Shown piece after piece: positions 18,963 to 29,275 of a stretch of DNA of 64,000 nucleotides (the first letter of the stretch is position 1; each line of letters starts with the position of its first letter). The notes beneath the pieces were generated by a model. The model saw nothing but the letters and a program-made list of their open reading frames with translations, did no database searches and had not been told where the DNA came from. Position numbers and translations under genes: made by a program. Location: positions 160,001 to 224,000 of the forward strand of contig JBFWJC010000001.1 of NCBI GenBank assembly GCA_050253415.1, written 5' to 3'. Origin of the DNA: Pedobacter sp. GTDB lineage: Bacteria; Desulfobacterota; Desulfuromonadia; Desulfuromonadales; Syntrophotaleaceae.

Positions 18963-19820
18963 TTAATGGTCAAACTGCGCCGCATAGGCCGCATCGTTGT
19001 AAAGCCCTTCACCGTATTCCGCCTTGCCGTAGTCGCGGATAATCGCCTGTCCCTTTTCCGAAGCGACAAAGTCGATAAATTTACCTGCGATTGCGGCCCC
19101 CCCGGTGACACCTTGCGGCTGACAAAGGGCATGGTAGGTATTAATGATAAATTTGTCTCCCTGGAAAAGGATCTTGAGCTTGGGCGTGTTGCCTTTTTCC
19201 GCAATCCAGGTGCTGCTGTCGGTCATGAAGTAACCACCTTCATCGTTGGCGCGCTTGAGGGTGGCCGTCATGAAATCCTTGGTAACGATATACCAGTCAC
19301 CCGCCGGTTTCACCCCGGCTTTTTCCCAGACCGCCAGTTCCTTTTTGTGGGTCCCGGAATTATCCCCGCGGGAAAAAAATTTGGCTTTGGCCGCCGCGAT
19401 GCGGGCATAAGCATCGGCTACGCTTTTAGCCTGGGCGATACCCGCCGGGTCTGCGGCCGGACCGACTATATAAAATTCATTGGAACCGATCAGCGTGCGC
19501 TTGATGGCCCATCCCTCAGCCACGGCTTTTTCCTCGGCTGCCGGGGCATGCACCATGATCATATCAACTTTTTGGTCTTTCAATAACTGCAGGGATTTGC
19601 CCGATCCGGCCTTTTGCCATTTAAGCTGGGCATCTTCCTGCGTGGCGAAGGTCTCACCCAGTACCTTAAGCAACCCCAACTCACCCGGACTGCCGGTAGC
19701 CAGGGCAAACGCGTTGCTGCCATTGCCATAAACCGCAGCATACTGGTCCTGGGCCATGGCGGTGGAGACCAACCCCACCAGGACGAGCCACATGATCGAA
19801 AAAATAATTTTTCTGCGCAT
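18963..19820 (-). CDS. tupA: TupA-like tungstate-binding periplasmic protein
   Basis: Signal peptide; VHAP and SRGDNSGTH motifs; the usual TTTS is ATGS here; GGAGG RBS. Confidence 0.8.
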   Translation of the reverse strand: MRRKIIFSIMWLVLVGLVSTAMAQDQYAAVYGNGSNAFALATGSPGELGLLKVLGETFATQEDAQLKWQKAGSGKSLQLLKDQKVDMIMVHAPAAEEKAVAEGWAIKRTLIGSNEFYIVGPAADPAGIAQAKSVADAYARIAAAKAKFFSRGDNSGTHKKELAVWEKAGVKPAGDWYIVTKDFMTATLKRANDEGGYFMTDSSTWIAEKGNTPKLKILFQGDKFIINTYHALCQPQGVTGGAAIAGKFIDFVASEKGQAIIRDYGKAEYGEGLYNDAAYAAQFDH

Positions 19821-19878
19821 AAAATACTACCTCCCCTGAATGATTGCGATTTTTCCTTACCAACAGCCTCTCATCCAT

Positions 19879-19912
19879 TGCGTTATATACTTAAGACAAC
19901 AGCGAAGTCAAT
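19879..19912 (-). promoter_or_regulatory. Putative ModE-type operator overlapping a sigma70 promoter of tupA
   Basis: CGTTATATAC-N6-CAACAGCG resembles the ModE palindrome CGTTATATA..TATATAACG; - strand reads TTGACT...TATATA/TATAAC. Confidence 0.55.
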
Positions 19913-20058
19913 TCTGTTGCAGGCTACTGGCAAACATAATTAAAACCGCCTTTTTTTTATCCATTACAACCTCTGCACCGCTCATAAATTAAGCACCAGT
20001 TCATCAACCATTCGCCTTCTTTTACCTGATTTCAAATACTTACACTACACGTTCAGCG

Positions 20059-20074
20059 TGGCATAATAGCTGCT
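20059..20074 (+). promoter_or_regulatory. Sigma54 -24/-12 promoter upstream of the MCP gene
   Basis: TGGCATAATAGCTGCT has GG-N10-GC spacing and an AT-rich tract upstream. Confidence 0.55.
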
Positions 20075-20365
20075 ACATGAAAATGAATTGGGCAACCCCG
20101 ACTTGCCACCCCATAACCTTTTACAACCCCAGGGCGGCGCGCCGCCACCGGGATCATACAAAGCTTTCTGTCCCTGCGAGAGGACGGCTGTGATCCGGGC
20201 CAGGGCCCTCTTTGTGCCAACTCAACCGGCACCCCTGGCCCATCTTTTAACATCCGGCCGCCATCTGCGGAGAATCAATCTTGCGTCCGCAAGTGCCTTG
20301 CTTTCGGACAACGCTTATCGGGACCGACGCCGCTCCCGACATCCAGACAAGGAGTATGGCGCACC

Positions 20366-21919
20366 ATGTACCGTATGAACGCCCTGGCTCGTATCGTTAC
20401 CCTGACGCTGTTGTCCTTTTTGAGCGGCGCCTTGTTGCCCATGCTTCCCATGCCCACTCCTGTAGCATTGCTACTTGGGTGTGTAATCCTTGCCTTGCTC
20501 ATCCTGTTATTTTATTGGCAACCCCATCAGAACACTTTGGCTGCTTTGAGCACATGGGTCACTCGCCTGGGTGCCGGCGATTTGACCGCTGAACCACCCT
20601 GGCAAGACGGCTTGCATGCCATCGCTGACGACCTGACGGGCATGGGGATCCATCTGGATAAAAACATCGCCGGGTTCATCCTGGCTGCAAACCAGGTATG
20701 CCTGGCAGGCGCAGCGCTGGGATCCTGCGCCGAGCAAGCAGCAACCAATGCTTCAAGTCAAGCGGATCAGACGGATCAGATCAGCAGCGCAGCAGAACAG
20801 GTCTCGGTGGCCATTCGGCAGATTGCATCTACCGCCGAATCGGTTTCGGCCGGGACAGGCGCTGCTATGGAACGGGCACGCATCGAACAACAACAGGCGA
20901 TTGAAGCACAGCAGGCAGCCCAAAGCGTATTGCTGCAGACCGAAAATCTGGGCACAGCCATTCGGGGACTGGGGGAGCGTTTAAGCGAGATCTCCGGGGT
21001 TGTGACGATGATTCGGGGGGTTGCCAACCAGACCAACCTGCTGGCATTGAACGCCAGCATTGAGGCGGCACGAGCCGGTGTTCATGGGCGGGGGTTTGCA
21101 GTAGTGGCCGACGAGGTAAAAAGTCTTGCCGCCCATACCTTGGCTGCCACGGATGACATTGCGAGCCGCATTCAGCACTTCCAGCAGGAAACAGCAACCA
21201 CGGTGAACGCCACGGCTGAGACCCTGGCGCAGGTTCAGACCAGCGCCGAGGGCTTGACGCGCATCGGGCAAGCCATGAGCGGCATGGTGGACAGTTTTTC
21301 CACTGCCCACGCCCAGGTGGATCAAATCACCCAGGCTGTGCGGGAACAGCAGCACGCCATCCAGGGCTTGACCTCCAGTATCGAACAGGTAGCGGAGCTG
21401 GCGGGGGAAATGAACGCCACGGCGCGGGGCGTCCATGAGGAAGCGCGAAGCCTGACCAGCATCAGTGATGAACTGCTGCCATTGTTGGGCGGATTCCGGC
21501 TGAGTGCCCATGAAAAGGCGCGCAAGACCGTAACGGAAGCCAGCTGCGACCCGGACCTGAAGTCGATGCAACGCGACCTCGTGGAAAACATCTTGCGACA
21601 ACAGGCACATCGCTGCGGTTATCTGGAGCTGCTCTATGTGACCGATAACCGGGGCCGACAGGTGACCAGCAACATCTTTGCCGGCCATGCGGTGCAGGCC
21701 TCCTACGGCAGCGACGGCTGCGATATGGACTGGTCACAGCGCCCCTGGTTTCGGGAGACCATAAGCAAGGGCAGCTGCACGGTCACCCCGTTTTACCGGT
21801 CTGCAGCCACCCACCGTTTCTGCTTTACGGTGGCGGCGCCGATCCATGACAGTCATGGGCGTATTGGGGGGGTGTTGGGTGCGGACATCGATGTCGCAGC
21901 GTTGCTCAACGACCGTTAG
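20366..21919 (+). CDS. Methyl-accepting chemotaxis protein with C-terminal PDC/Cache-like domain
   Basis: Two adjacent TMs, HAMP-like segment, [17 protein letters not shown], then ELLYVTD..GRQ / WSQRPWF / YRSAAT / VLGADI. Confidence 0.9.
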   Translation: MYRMNALARIVTLTLLSFLSGALLPMLPMPTPVALLLGCVILALLILLFYWQPHQNTLAALSTWVTRLGAGDLTAEPPWQDGLHAIADDLTGMGIHLDKNIAGFILAANQVCLAGAALGSCAEQAATNASSQADQTDQISSAAEQVSVAIRQIASTAESVSAGTGAAMERARIEQQQAIEAQQAAQSVLLQTENLGTAIRGLGERLSEISGVVTMIRGVANQTNLLALNASIEAARAGVHGRGFAVVADEVKSLAAHTLAATDDIASRIQHFQQETATTVNATAETLAQVQTSAEGLTRIGQAMSGMVDSFSTAHAQVDQITQAVREQQHAIQGLTSSIEQVAELAGEMNATARGVHEEARSLTSISDELLPLLGGFRLSAHEKARKTVTEASCDPDLKSMQRDLVENILRQQAHRCGYLELLYVTDNRGRQVTSNIFAGHAVQASYGSDGCDMDWSQRPWFRETISKGSCTVTPFYRSAATHRFCFTVAAPIHDSHGRIGGVLGADIDVAALLNDR

Positions 21920-22337
21920 GACTTCCCGATTTCACCCGGCATTTCAAACCGGTGCTGCTGTCGGCATATCCCTCGCTCTGCTCATAAGAAATTTCGATGG
22001 TCTGCCCGGGGCGCACGGCAAACGCCCCGCGATAGCCGCAGTTTTCGGAACTCAACAACCACTGTTGGCCATCGGCGTGCATAACACGCACATCAGCCCA
22101 GACGGTCCCCCTCCCGGAAACATCGATATCGACAACCTGCCCCGGTCGCAAATCGTGTCGGGCATAAAATCCTGACGATTCAAGTCCGGCAGTCGGCTGT
22201 TCATACAAAAAAACACTTACCGGCCCGTCACTCCAGAAATTATCCAGCCAGACACCAGATTCATCGGCTTGTACCGGGGTAACGAACAGGGCCCACAAAA
22301 TTGTGACCAGGGCTACACGGCGTAAGGTTGCTTTCAT
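21906..22337 (-). CDS. Hypothetical secreted protein
   Basis: GGAGG upstream of ATG 22337; signal peptide ending VQA; two Cys. Confidence 0.6.
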   Translation of the reverse strand: MKATLRRVALVTILWALFVTPVQADESGVWLDNFWSDGPVSVFLYEQPTAGLESSGFYARHDLRPGQVVDIDVSGRGTVWADVRVMHADGQQWLLSSENCGYRGAFAVRPGQTIEISYEQSEGYADSSTGLKCRVKSGSPNGR

Positions 22338-22538
22338 TCCCGACCTCCTGCACAATAGAAATTAATGGTGACATATTGCCTTTTTACCTACGACCTGGCA
22401 ACCCTGATTGCGACCAGGCAAATACTCAGAGCTTTTTGACAACCGGGCTCAGGCTTTTAAACTTCAATAAACACACCATGGCCGACCGCGCTGAACACCA
22501 CAATGGCCAGGCGCCAAGGCCCGCATACGGAGGACTTC

Positions 22539-23384
22539 ATGTGGGATTATACCGATAAAGTCAAAGACCACTTTCTCAATCCGCGCAACGTCGGTGAAGT
22601 CGAAGACCCGGATGGCATCGGCGAAGTCGGCTCCCTTGCCTGCGGCGACGCTCTGCGGCTGACCTTCAAGCTTGACGAACAGGGCCGCATCAAGGACGCC
22701 AAGTTCAAGACCTTCGGTTGCGCCAGCGCCATTGCGTCATCCTCCGCCCTGACCGAAATCATCAAGGGCATGACCCTGGAGGAAGCGGAAAAGGTCAACA
22801 ACCAGGACCTCGCCGAGTTCCTCGGCGGCCTGCCGGAAGAGAAAATGCACTGCTCCGTCATGGGCAAGGAAGCTCTGGAAGCAGCCATTGCCAACTATCG
22901 TGGCGAAGCGGTGGTCAAGGAAGAGTACGAAATCGTCTGCAAATGTTTCGGTGTCACCGACAAGGAAATCGAGCGGGTGGCCAAGGAAAACCGCCTGACC
23001 ACGGTGGCCCAGGTCACCGATTTCACCAAGGCCGGCGGCGGCTGCCAGGCCTGCCATCCCAAAATCGAGGATATTCTGAAGCAACTGTGGGGCAGTAAAC
23101 CGGCCGAGCCCGCGGAAGAACGCCTGCCGAAAGGTAAAAAACTTTCCAACCTGCAGAAAATCCGCCTCATTGAGGAAACCCTGGAGCGGGAGATCCTGCC
23201 GCCGATCCGCTCCGACGGCGGCGACCTGGAGTTGATCGACATCGACGGCAGTAAAGTGATGGTGGCGCTGCGCGGTACCTGCTCCTTCTGTCCGCAGTCC
23301 AGCTTCACCCTTAAGCATTTCGTGGAAGCCAAGCTGCGCGAATTCGTCAGCCCCGAAATCGAGGTGGAGGAGGTGAAATCATGA
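22539..23384 (+). CDS. nifU: Fe-S cluster scaffold NifU (IscU, Bfd-like 2Fe-2S and Nfu domains)
   Basis: LACGD, FGCAS, KMHCS; CKC...GGCQAC; GTCSFC; GGAGG RBS. Confidence 0.95.
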   Translation: MWDYTDKVKDHFLNPRNVGEVEDPDGIGEVGSLACGDALRLTFKLDEQGRIKDAKFKTFGCASAIASSSALTEIIKGMTLEEAEKVNNQDLAEFLGGLPEEKMHCSVMGKEALEAAIANYRGEAVVKEEYEIVCKCFGVTDKEIERVAKENRLTTVAQVTDFTKAGGGCQACHPKIEDILKQLWGSKPAEPAEERLPKGKKLSNLQKIRLIEETLEREILPPIRSDGGDLELIDIDGSKVMVALRGTCSFCPQSSFTLKHFVEAKLREFVSPEIEVEEVKS

Positions 23385-24604
23385 GGACCGTCTATCTCGA
23401 CAACAACGCCACCACCCGCACCGCACCGGAAGTGGTCGAGGCGATGCTGCCTTTTTTCAGCGATTTGTACGGAAACCCGTCAAGCATGCACTTTTTCGGC
23501 GGCCAGGTCGGACGTCACGTAAAGCAGGCGCGGGAACAGGTGGCCGCCCTGATCGGGGCCCATCCGGAAGAAATCGTTTTCACCAGCTGCGGCACCGAAA
23601 GCGACAACGCCGCCATCATGGGCACGCTTTACTCTTACCCGGAGAAAAAGCACATTGTCATCTCGCGGGTCGAACACCCGGCGGTACTCAACGTCGCCCA
23701 CCAACTGCAGGCCCGCGGCTATCGCATTACCGAACTGGGGGTGAACCGCGAAGGCCAGCTTGACCTGGATGAACTGCGCACGGTGCTGACCGACGAAACG
23801 GCGCTGGTCAGCATCATGACCGCCAACAACGAAACCGGCGTCCTGTACCCTATCGACGAAATTGCCGCCATCGTGCGCGAACACGGCATCCCTTTCCACA
23901 CCGACGCCGTGCAATCGATCGGCAAGATTCCCATGGACCTGCGGAAAAGCCCCATCGACATGCTGTCGCTGTCCGGGCACAAGCTGCATGCGCCCAAAGG
24001 CGTCGGCGCTCTGTATATCCGCAAGGGCACGCGTTTTGCCCCCTTCGTGGTGGGTGGACACCAGGAAGCCGGCCGACGCGGCGGCACCGAGAACGTCCCC
24101 TACATCATCGGCCTGGGACGCGCGGCGCAGTTCGCCATGGACCACCTGCAGGAGGAAAACACCCGCGTTAAAGCCTTGCGCGACCGGCTGGAAGCGGAAC
24201 TGCTCAAAAGCATCCCCAACACCATGATCAATGGCGACGTCAAAAACCGGCTGCCCAATACCAGCAACCTGAGCTTTGAATATATCGAGGGGGAATCGAT
24301 CCTGATGCTGCTGAGCGACGAAGGCATCTGCGCCTCGTCCGGATCGGCCTGCACCAGCGGCTCGCTGCAACCCTCCCACGTACTGCGCGCCATGGGGGTA
24401 CCCTTTACCGCCGCCCACGGCTCCATCCGTTTCAGCCTGAGTATTTACAACAGCGATGCGGACATCGACCACGTCATCGCCACCCTGCCGCCGATCATCC
24501 AGAGATTGCGGGATATTTCGCCCTTCTGGAAGGATTACGTGGAAGGCAAGCCTTTGAACTCGTTTCTGACCGGCGGCGACGTCGAGCATCACGTTCACGG
24601 ATAA
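23381..24604 (+). CDS. nifS: Cysteine desulfurase NifS
   Basis: YLDNNATT, HTDAVQ, SGHK, SSGSACTS; ATGA overlap with nifU. Confidence 0.95.
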   Translation: MRTVYLDNNATTRTAPEVVEAMLPFFSDLYGNPSSMHFFGGQVGRHVKQAREQVAALIGAHPEEIVFTSCGTESDNAAIMGTLYSYPEKKHIVISRVEHPAVLNVAHQLQARGYRITELGVNREGQLDLDELRTVLTDETALVSIMTANNETGVLYPIDEIAAIVREHGIPFHTDAVQSIGKIPMDLRKSPIDMLSLSGHKLHAPKGVGALYIRKGTRFAPFVVGGHQEAGRRGGTENVPYIIGLGRAAQFAMDHLQEENTRVKALRDRLEAELLKSIPNTMINGDVKNRLPNTSNLSFEYIEGESILMLLSDEGICASSGSACTSGSLQPSHVLRAMGVPFTAAHGSIRFSLSIYNSDADIDHVIATLPPIIQRLRDISPFWKDYVEGKPLNSFLTGGDVEHHVHG

Positions 24605-24628
24605 AAGGTCCACCCTATTTCACCCATC

Positions 24629-24660
24629 AGGCCCGCGGCTCCAGTCGCGGGCCTTTTTCT
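24629..24660 (+). terminator. Intrinsic terminator after nifS
   Basis: AGGCCCGCGGCT-CC-AGTCGCGGGCCT followed by a T run. Confidence 0.8.
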
Positions 24661-24804
24661 ATGCCGATCCCCGTTCCTGACGCCTCCCTTCCAAAAAATT
24701 TTTCTAATTGGATTTTTCATGTCAACAGCGTGTATGTTTACTTCCTTCAATGAAGTGTTCGTTTTTATCAAACAAGATAAGCGGCCTCATCCGCGGAGGG
24801 ATTC

Positions 24805-27800
24805 ATGCGCATCGCCCCCCTTTTCTGCCTGTTCATCGCCTGCCTGTTTTGCACTACCGCTCAGAGCGCGGATCTTCCTTCCTCCTTCGATCTGCGCGAT
24901 ATCGACGGGCACAGCTACATCGGTCCGGTGCGCAATCAGAAACAGTGTGGCAGCTGTTGGTCATTTGGCACCTTGGCTGCTGCTGAAAGCACCTGGAACC
25001 GGCTGCACGACCTGTACGATGAACAGGCCATCGATTTCTCCGAAGCCTTTTTAACCTGGAGTATCAGTCCCCTCTATGACGGCCTGCTCGGTTGCGATGG
25101 CGGAAGTTTAGCTCTCCAGCAAAACACCGCCTTGATCGAGTATGGCGTACCACTGGAGTCGGATTTCCCATATACCATGACGGACCCCGGCAGCGACCTG
25201 CACTGGGACGCGACCCGTTATAGTTTTCTAGACTGGTACCGCATCCCTCCCGGCGACATCGAAACAACCCGCCGCATTCTCTATCATATCGGAGCGGTTA
25301 CCGCCGGGGTGTTGGTTGAAGATGACTTCTATGCCTATACGGACGGGATTCTCACCAACGAAACGACTACCATTACCTCGGAAATCCCCTACAATTCCAA
25401 TGTGAACCATCTTATTGCCCTTGTGGGCTATAACGATGAGTCCGGGGACGGCGGTCTCGGCTATTGGATTTTACGAAACAGTTGGAGCGAAAACTGGGGT
25501 TTAGATGGCTACGTGAACATCCGCTATACAACCGCAGGGGTATCATTGCACAGCTCCTACATGACGTTGGAGCCCTGGAGCGGTACAAGTATCGTCCTGA
25601 AAAACGATAATGACCTGATAGCCAGCCCCTGGAGCACCGGCGGAACCCTGAATGCCCACGGCGTCGATCTGTGGGGTGGTGCCGCCAGCAGCGTCTTGAA
25701 TAGTGGCTCCATTCTGGCCGAAGCATTCAGTGGCGAGAAACTGGCCACTGCACGGGGCGTCTACCTGTGGGGTGGCCCCCATGGCCGGATCAGCAACAGC
25801 GGAGAAATCGTCGGCCTTGCATCCAGCGAAAACCAGCAGGCCATCGCCTACGCCATCTGCCTGCAGGGCGGGTTGGTGAACAATCGCGGAGTGCTGACGG
25901 CGGAAGCAACAAGCCATGCCGATCAGTCCCTGGCATTCGGCATCTGGGCAGCCAACGGCGGCAGTACCGTGGAAATCATCAACAGCGGCGCCATAGAAGC
26001 CTCGGGCACAGGCGGTGCGATGAACGCTGCCTACGGCATCTGGGCCGACAGCCGGGATCTGGTCATGGTTACCAACAGCGGCAGCATAGAAGCCTACGCC
26101 GATGATTACGCGATCGGCGTGCTGCTGACCGGCGGTCCGGCTCTGCTGGAAAACAGCGGAACCATTCGCGGTGCCTATGCTTCGGTCTACTCCCAGGAAA
26201 ACACCCTGTTGGTACTGGATACCGGCTCAAACCTTTTCGGAACCGTCTATCTCCAGGGGGATGCCGACACGCTGATGCTGAATGGCAAAGGCAATGAAGA
26301 TGACCTTTTGTCCGGAGTGGAAACTCTGACCATGGCCGGCGATGAATGGTCCCTGAGCGGCGACTCGGCGTTCGAGACCATTCAGGTTGCCTTAGGACGG
26401 CTGGGGGTGGACGGATCGTTGTCGGGGGAGACATCGGTTCTGAAATACGGCACCCTTGGCGGCAACGGTTCGCTAACCGGTATAGTCACCAACGGCGGGA
26501 CCGTCGCGCCGGGACACTCCGTCGGCCACCTTACCATCGACGGTGATTTCAGCCAGACCAGCGACGGCACGCTGGAGATCGAAATCGGCGACGGCAACGC
26601 CGACCTGCTCACCATCACCGGCACCGCCGAGTTGGCTGGTACGCTGTTGGTGCTGCCCGACGGCTACGCCACCGATGGCAGCTACACCTTTCTGGAAGCC
26701 GGCACCATCACGGGCGCCTTCGACAGCCTGTCCAGCGCCGCAGTGCTCGCCGTCTCCCTGGACAGCGCTGCGGGGAGCCTGACCCTGGACGTGACGCGCA
26801 ACAGCTATGCAAGCCTGGCCACGGCGCACAACCGAGGATTGGCCAACAATCTGGACAGTCTGCGGCCCACCGCCGAAGACGATCTGGGCGATTTGCTCGA
26901 CAGCCTCGACCTGTCCCTGAGCCAACAGGCGCTCAACGACGCCATGGCCAGCCTGACCCCGCGCATCCACGGTTTGGCCAGCACGGTTGTGCTTGGCGAC
27001 TCGCAGGCACGTCTGGCCGATTTGCGGCACCATATGGATCGCCTCGACCCGGCTGAGCGACTGGAGCAGAACCCGACAGGCAAGACCTCGGTGTGGTTCG
27101 ACCTGCTCGGCCAGTACAACCGTTATGGAAGTGACGGTGCCTATTTCGGCGCACGGGAAAACCTCTATGGTCTTTTGCTCGGTGTGGAGCGCACCGCCAG
27201 CAGCGGCTTGACCCTGGGGGTGGCAGCGGCCCTAACCGAAAGCCGATACCAGGCCCATAACGCCGCGGACGACGGCGAAAGCGAAAGCCAGCAGGGTTAC
27301 CTATATGCTGCATGGTTAGATCCGCGCCGCGCCGACGGAGTGCATCTGAGCACGGCGCTGGGCGGCGGCCGCACAGAAATAAGCGCCGACCGCAGCATCG
27401 CCTTCGCCGGCCGCCGTGCTCACAGCGAGCATGACGGCACCCTGTACAGCGCCACCATCAGCGGCGGCTACGCCATGAACCTGCGCGGCTGGACCCTCGA
27501 TCCGACCGCGGGCTTGAGCTTCGTGCATCTGCGCGAAGAAAGATTCCGCGAAACCGGTGCTGACAGCGCCAACCTAACCATAGCAACGCGCGATAACGAT
27601 TCCCTGCAAAGCCAGCTGGGATTGCGGCTGAGCCGGCCCGTCCAGCTGGCCTCCTTCACCCTCAACCCGGAGCTGCGGATCGCGTGGCACCATGAGTTCA
27701 ACCGCAAGACCGAACGTCTCACCGCCACACTGGCCGGGGACTCAAACGCATTTGCCACACCCGGCCGCGATCTGCCTGGTGACAGCCTGCTGCTGGGCGC

Positions 27801-27918
27801 ATCGCTGAGCACCCGGCTTTCCAACAGCGTCTACAGCAGCCTCAGCTACAACTGCGACATGCAAAGTCAGGGCGCCACCGGCCATTCACTACGCGTACAG
27901 GTGGCGGCAACTTTCTGA
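24805..27918 (+). CDS. Autotransporter with papain-family (C1A) cysteine peptidase passenger
   Basis: Signal peptide; LPSSFDLR, QKQCGSCWSF, NHLIALVGY, WILRNSW catalytic motifs; NSG-repeat beta-helix; GTLGGNG/VAPG linker; beta-barrel ending in F. Confidence 0.92.
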   Translation: MRIAPLFCLFIACLFCTTAQSADLPSSFDLRDIDGHSYIGPVRNQKQCGSCWSFGTLAAAESTWNRLHDLYDEQAIDFSEAFLTWSISPLYDGLLGCDGGSLALQQNTALIEYGVPLESDFPYTMTDPGSDLHWDATRYSFLDWYRIPPGDIETTRRILYHIGAVTAGVLVEDDFYAYTDGILTNETTTITSEIPYNSNVNHLIALVGYNDESGDGGLGYWILRNSWSENWGLDGYVNIRYTTAGVSLHSSYMTLEPWSGTSIVLKNDNDLIASPWSTGGTLNAHGVDLWGGAASSVLNSGSILAEAFSGEKLATARGVYLWGGPHGRISNSGEIVGLASSENQQAIAYAICLQGGLVNNRGVLTAEATSHADQSLAFGIWAANGGSTVEIINSGAIEASGTGGAMNAAYGIWADSRDLVMVTNSGSIEAYADDYAIGVLLTGGPALLENSGTIRGAYASVYSQENTLLVLDTGSNLFGTVYLQGDADTLMLNGKGNEDDLLSGVETLTMAGDEWSLSGDSAFETIQVALGRLGVDGSLSGETSVLKYGTLGGNGSLTGIVTNGGTVAPGHSVGHLTIDGDFSQTSDGTLEIEIGDGNADLLTITGTAELAGTLLVLPDGYATDGSYTFLEAGTITGAFDSLSSAAVLAVSLDSAAGSLTLDVTRNSYASLATAHNRGLANNLDSLRPTAEDDLGDLLDSLDLSLSQQALNDAMASLTPRIHGLASTVVLGDSQARLADLRHHMDRLDPAERLEQNPTGKTSVWFDLLGQYNRYGSDGAYFGARENLYGLLLGVERTASSGLTLGVAAALTESRYQAHNAADDGESESQQGYLYAAWLDPRRADGVHLSTALGGGRTEISADRSIAFAGRRAHSEHDGTLYSATISGGYAMNLRGWTLDPTAGLSFVHLREERFRETGADSANLTIATRDNDSLQSQLGLRLSRPVQLASFTLNPELRIAWHHEFNRKTERLTATLAGDSNAFATPGRDLPGDSLLLGASLSTRLSNSVYSSLSYNCDMQSQGATGHSLRVQVAATF

Positions 27919-27945
27919 AACACCGCCTCGTCACGTTCATCCGCT

Positions 27946-27993
27946 ACAAAACAGGGGGGAGCCACTTTCATATCTGGCTCCCCCCTGTTTTGT
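27946..27993. terminator. Bidirectional intrinsic terminator
   Basis: 19-bp inverted repeat ACAAAACAGGGGGGAGCCA / TGGCTCCCCCCTGTTTTGT. Confidence 0.8.
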
Positions 27994-28038
27994 TCATTCC
28001 ATTGGCCGCGCGATGGCCCTAGTCAGCAAACAGTCTGT

Positions 28039-28829
28039 TTATTCCGCCATGCCAAGAGGTGTACAACGCTCCCCACCCTGCCAAAGCCCCACATGTCCAC
28101 TGCGATGCAGATAAGGAGTGTAATCGTTTTGCAAGCAAAGCCCACTCTGTCGTAGGGACTCCCAATACGGCTCTTCGGCCAATAAATAATAGGGTTTGTT
28201 GCGCCTGGCCAGCTCACTGATCCTCTTTTGATCCAGCTCTGCCATGGGATGGCCCAGGTAGTAAATAAGCTGGATCGGCTCCTTGCCGAAAAGCAGAAAC
28301 ACATGAGCATAGCCGCAAAAACCCACAGCGCAAGCATCATATTGAGTTCGGCTAAGCGCGCCATTTCGGCAAAAAAATACGAACTCACCAGCATCATGGC
28401 CGCAAACAGCGCCGCCCAGTCTCCAATGTGGCGGCGCATGCGCCCGAAAAGCAGCCAGACGATACCCAGCGCGCTGAGTGCCGAAGGCAATCGCAGCACC
28501 CATACCGGACAGATCCCCGTCAGCATGCCGATCAAGCCGCCGGCCCAATAAAACAAAGGCGGTTTTTCCAGATAGATGAGACCGTTTTTGGTTGGCAAAA
28601 GCCAGCTATGGCGGGCCGGCATCTCTTGCACAACTACCAGCCGACGGGCTTCATTGTGGCTTAAAACAGGGACATCCCAGATACCCAGGCCGTAGACCAG
28701 CAAGGAGCCAACCAGCACCATCCAGAAAAACACCCTAAACAGCTGAGGATGATCCGTATCGGGACGCGATGTGGCATCTGCTGCGGAGGACAAACGCATA
28801 GGGGGCACCGGGAGCTTCTTCGCCGTCAA
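28039..28829 (-). pseudogene. ArnT/GT39-type glycosyltransferase, internally deleted and frameshifted
   Basis: N-terminal NEARR..EM, YLEKPPLFYW, LRLPSA motifs stop after about 175 aa. A soluble C-terminal tail continues in another frame to 28039. Confidence 0.75.
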
Positions 28830-28871
28830 CAGCGGAAGGGAAAGGAGATACCAGTTGTTAAGGATACGAGA

Positions 28872-29153
28872 TCAAGCCGAAACGCTTTGTTTTTTTGCCT
28901 TGTGGATAAAATACAGATTGCGAAGATAAATGAGAAACCCGGTCGACTGGCCAAGGGTAAACACCAGATCGCGACGCAGTATCGCATAGATCAGCAGCAG
29001 CAGACTGCCTCCCAGACTGAAATACCAGAAGGACGGGGGGATAAAGCTTTGGCGACGTTTTTCCGCGCAAACCCATTGGATGACAAAACGCATGGTGAAA
29101 AGCCCCTGCCCGACCAAACCAAGAACAAGGATACAATTTTCAGTACTGAACAT
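28872..29153 (-). CDS. Lipid-A biosynthesis N-terminal (LAB_N) domain membrane protein
   Basis: GQGLFTMRFVIQW..AEK..S.IP..FWYFSLGG..LLIYA...D.VF.LGQ...IYLRNL. Confidence 0.85.
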   Translation of the reverse strand: MFSTENCILVLGLVGQGLFTMRFVIQWVCAEKRRQSFIPPSFWYFSLGGSLLLLIYAILRRDLVFTLGQSTGFLIYLRNLYFIHKAKKQSVSA

Positions 29154-29233
29154 GGGGTTAACGTATCCTTATGGCATAAGGTTGGGGCCATTCCACGACA
29201 ACACGGCTAAGGTCATCAGATTACCGCTCTATA

Positions 29234-29275
29234 TCAGTCTTCCTCATTGTGAACCGGCGTCACGAACGAGATGCT
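29234..29275 (-). pseudogene. Remnant of a GT2 (polyprenol-phosphate glycosyltransferase) N-terminus
   Basis: - strand reads SISFVTPVHNEED then TGA, just upstream of LAB_N. Confidence 0.55.

Noticed and set aside
22396..22411. Possible sigma54 promoter TGGCAACCCTGATTGC upstream of nifU
   Set aside because: Spacing is GG-N11-GC, not the strict N10.
22472..22522. CACCATGGCC/CACAATGGCC direct repeats upstream of nifU as ANTAR hairpins
   Set aside because: Flanking bases do not form the required stems, and no terminator follows.
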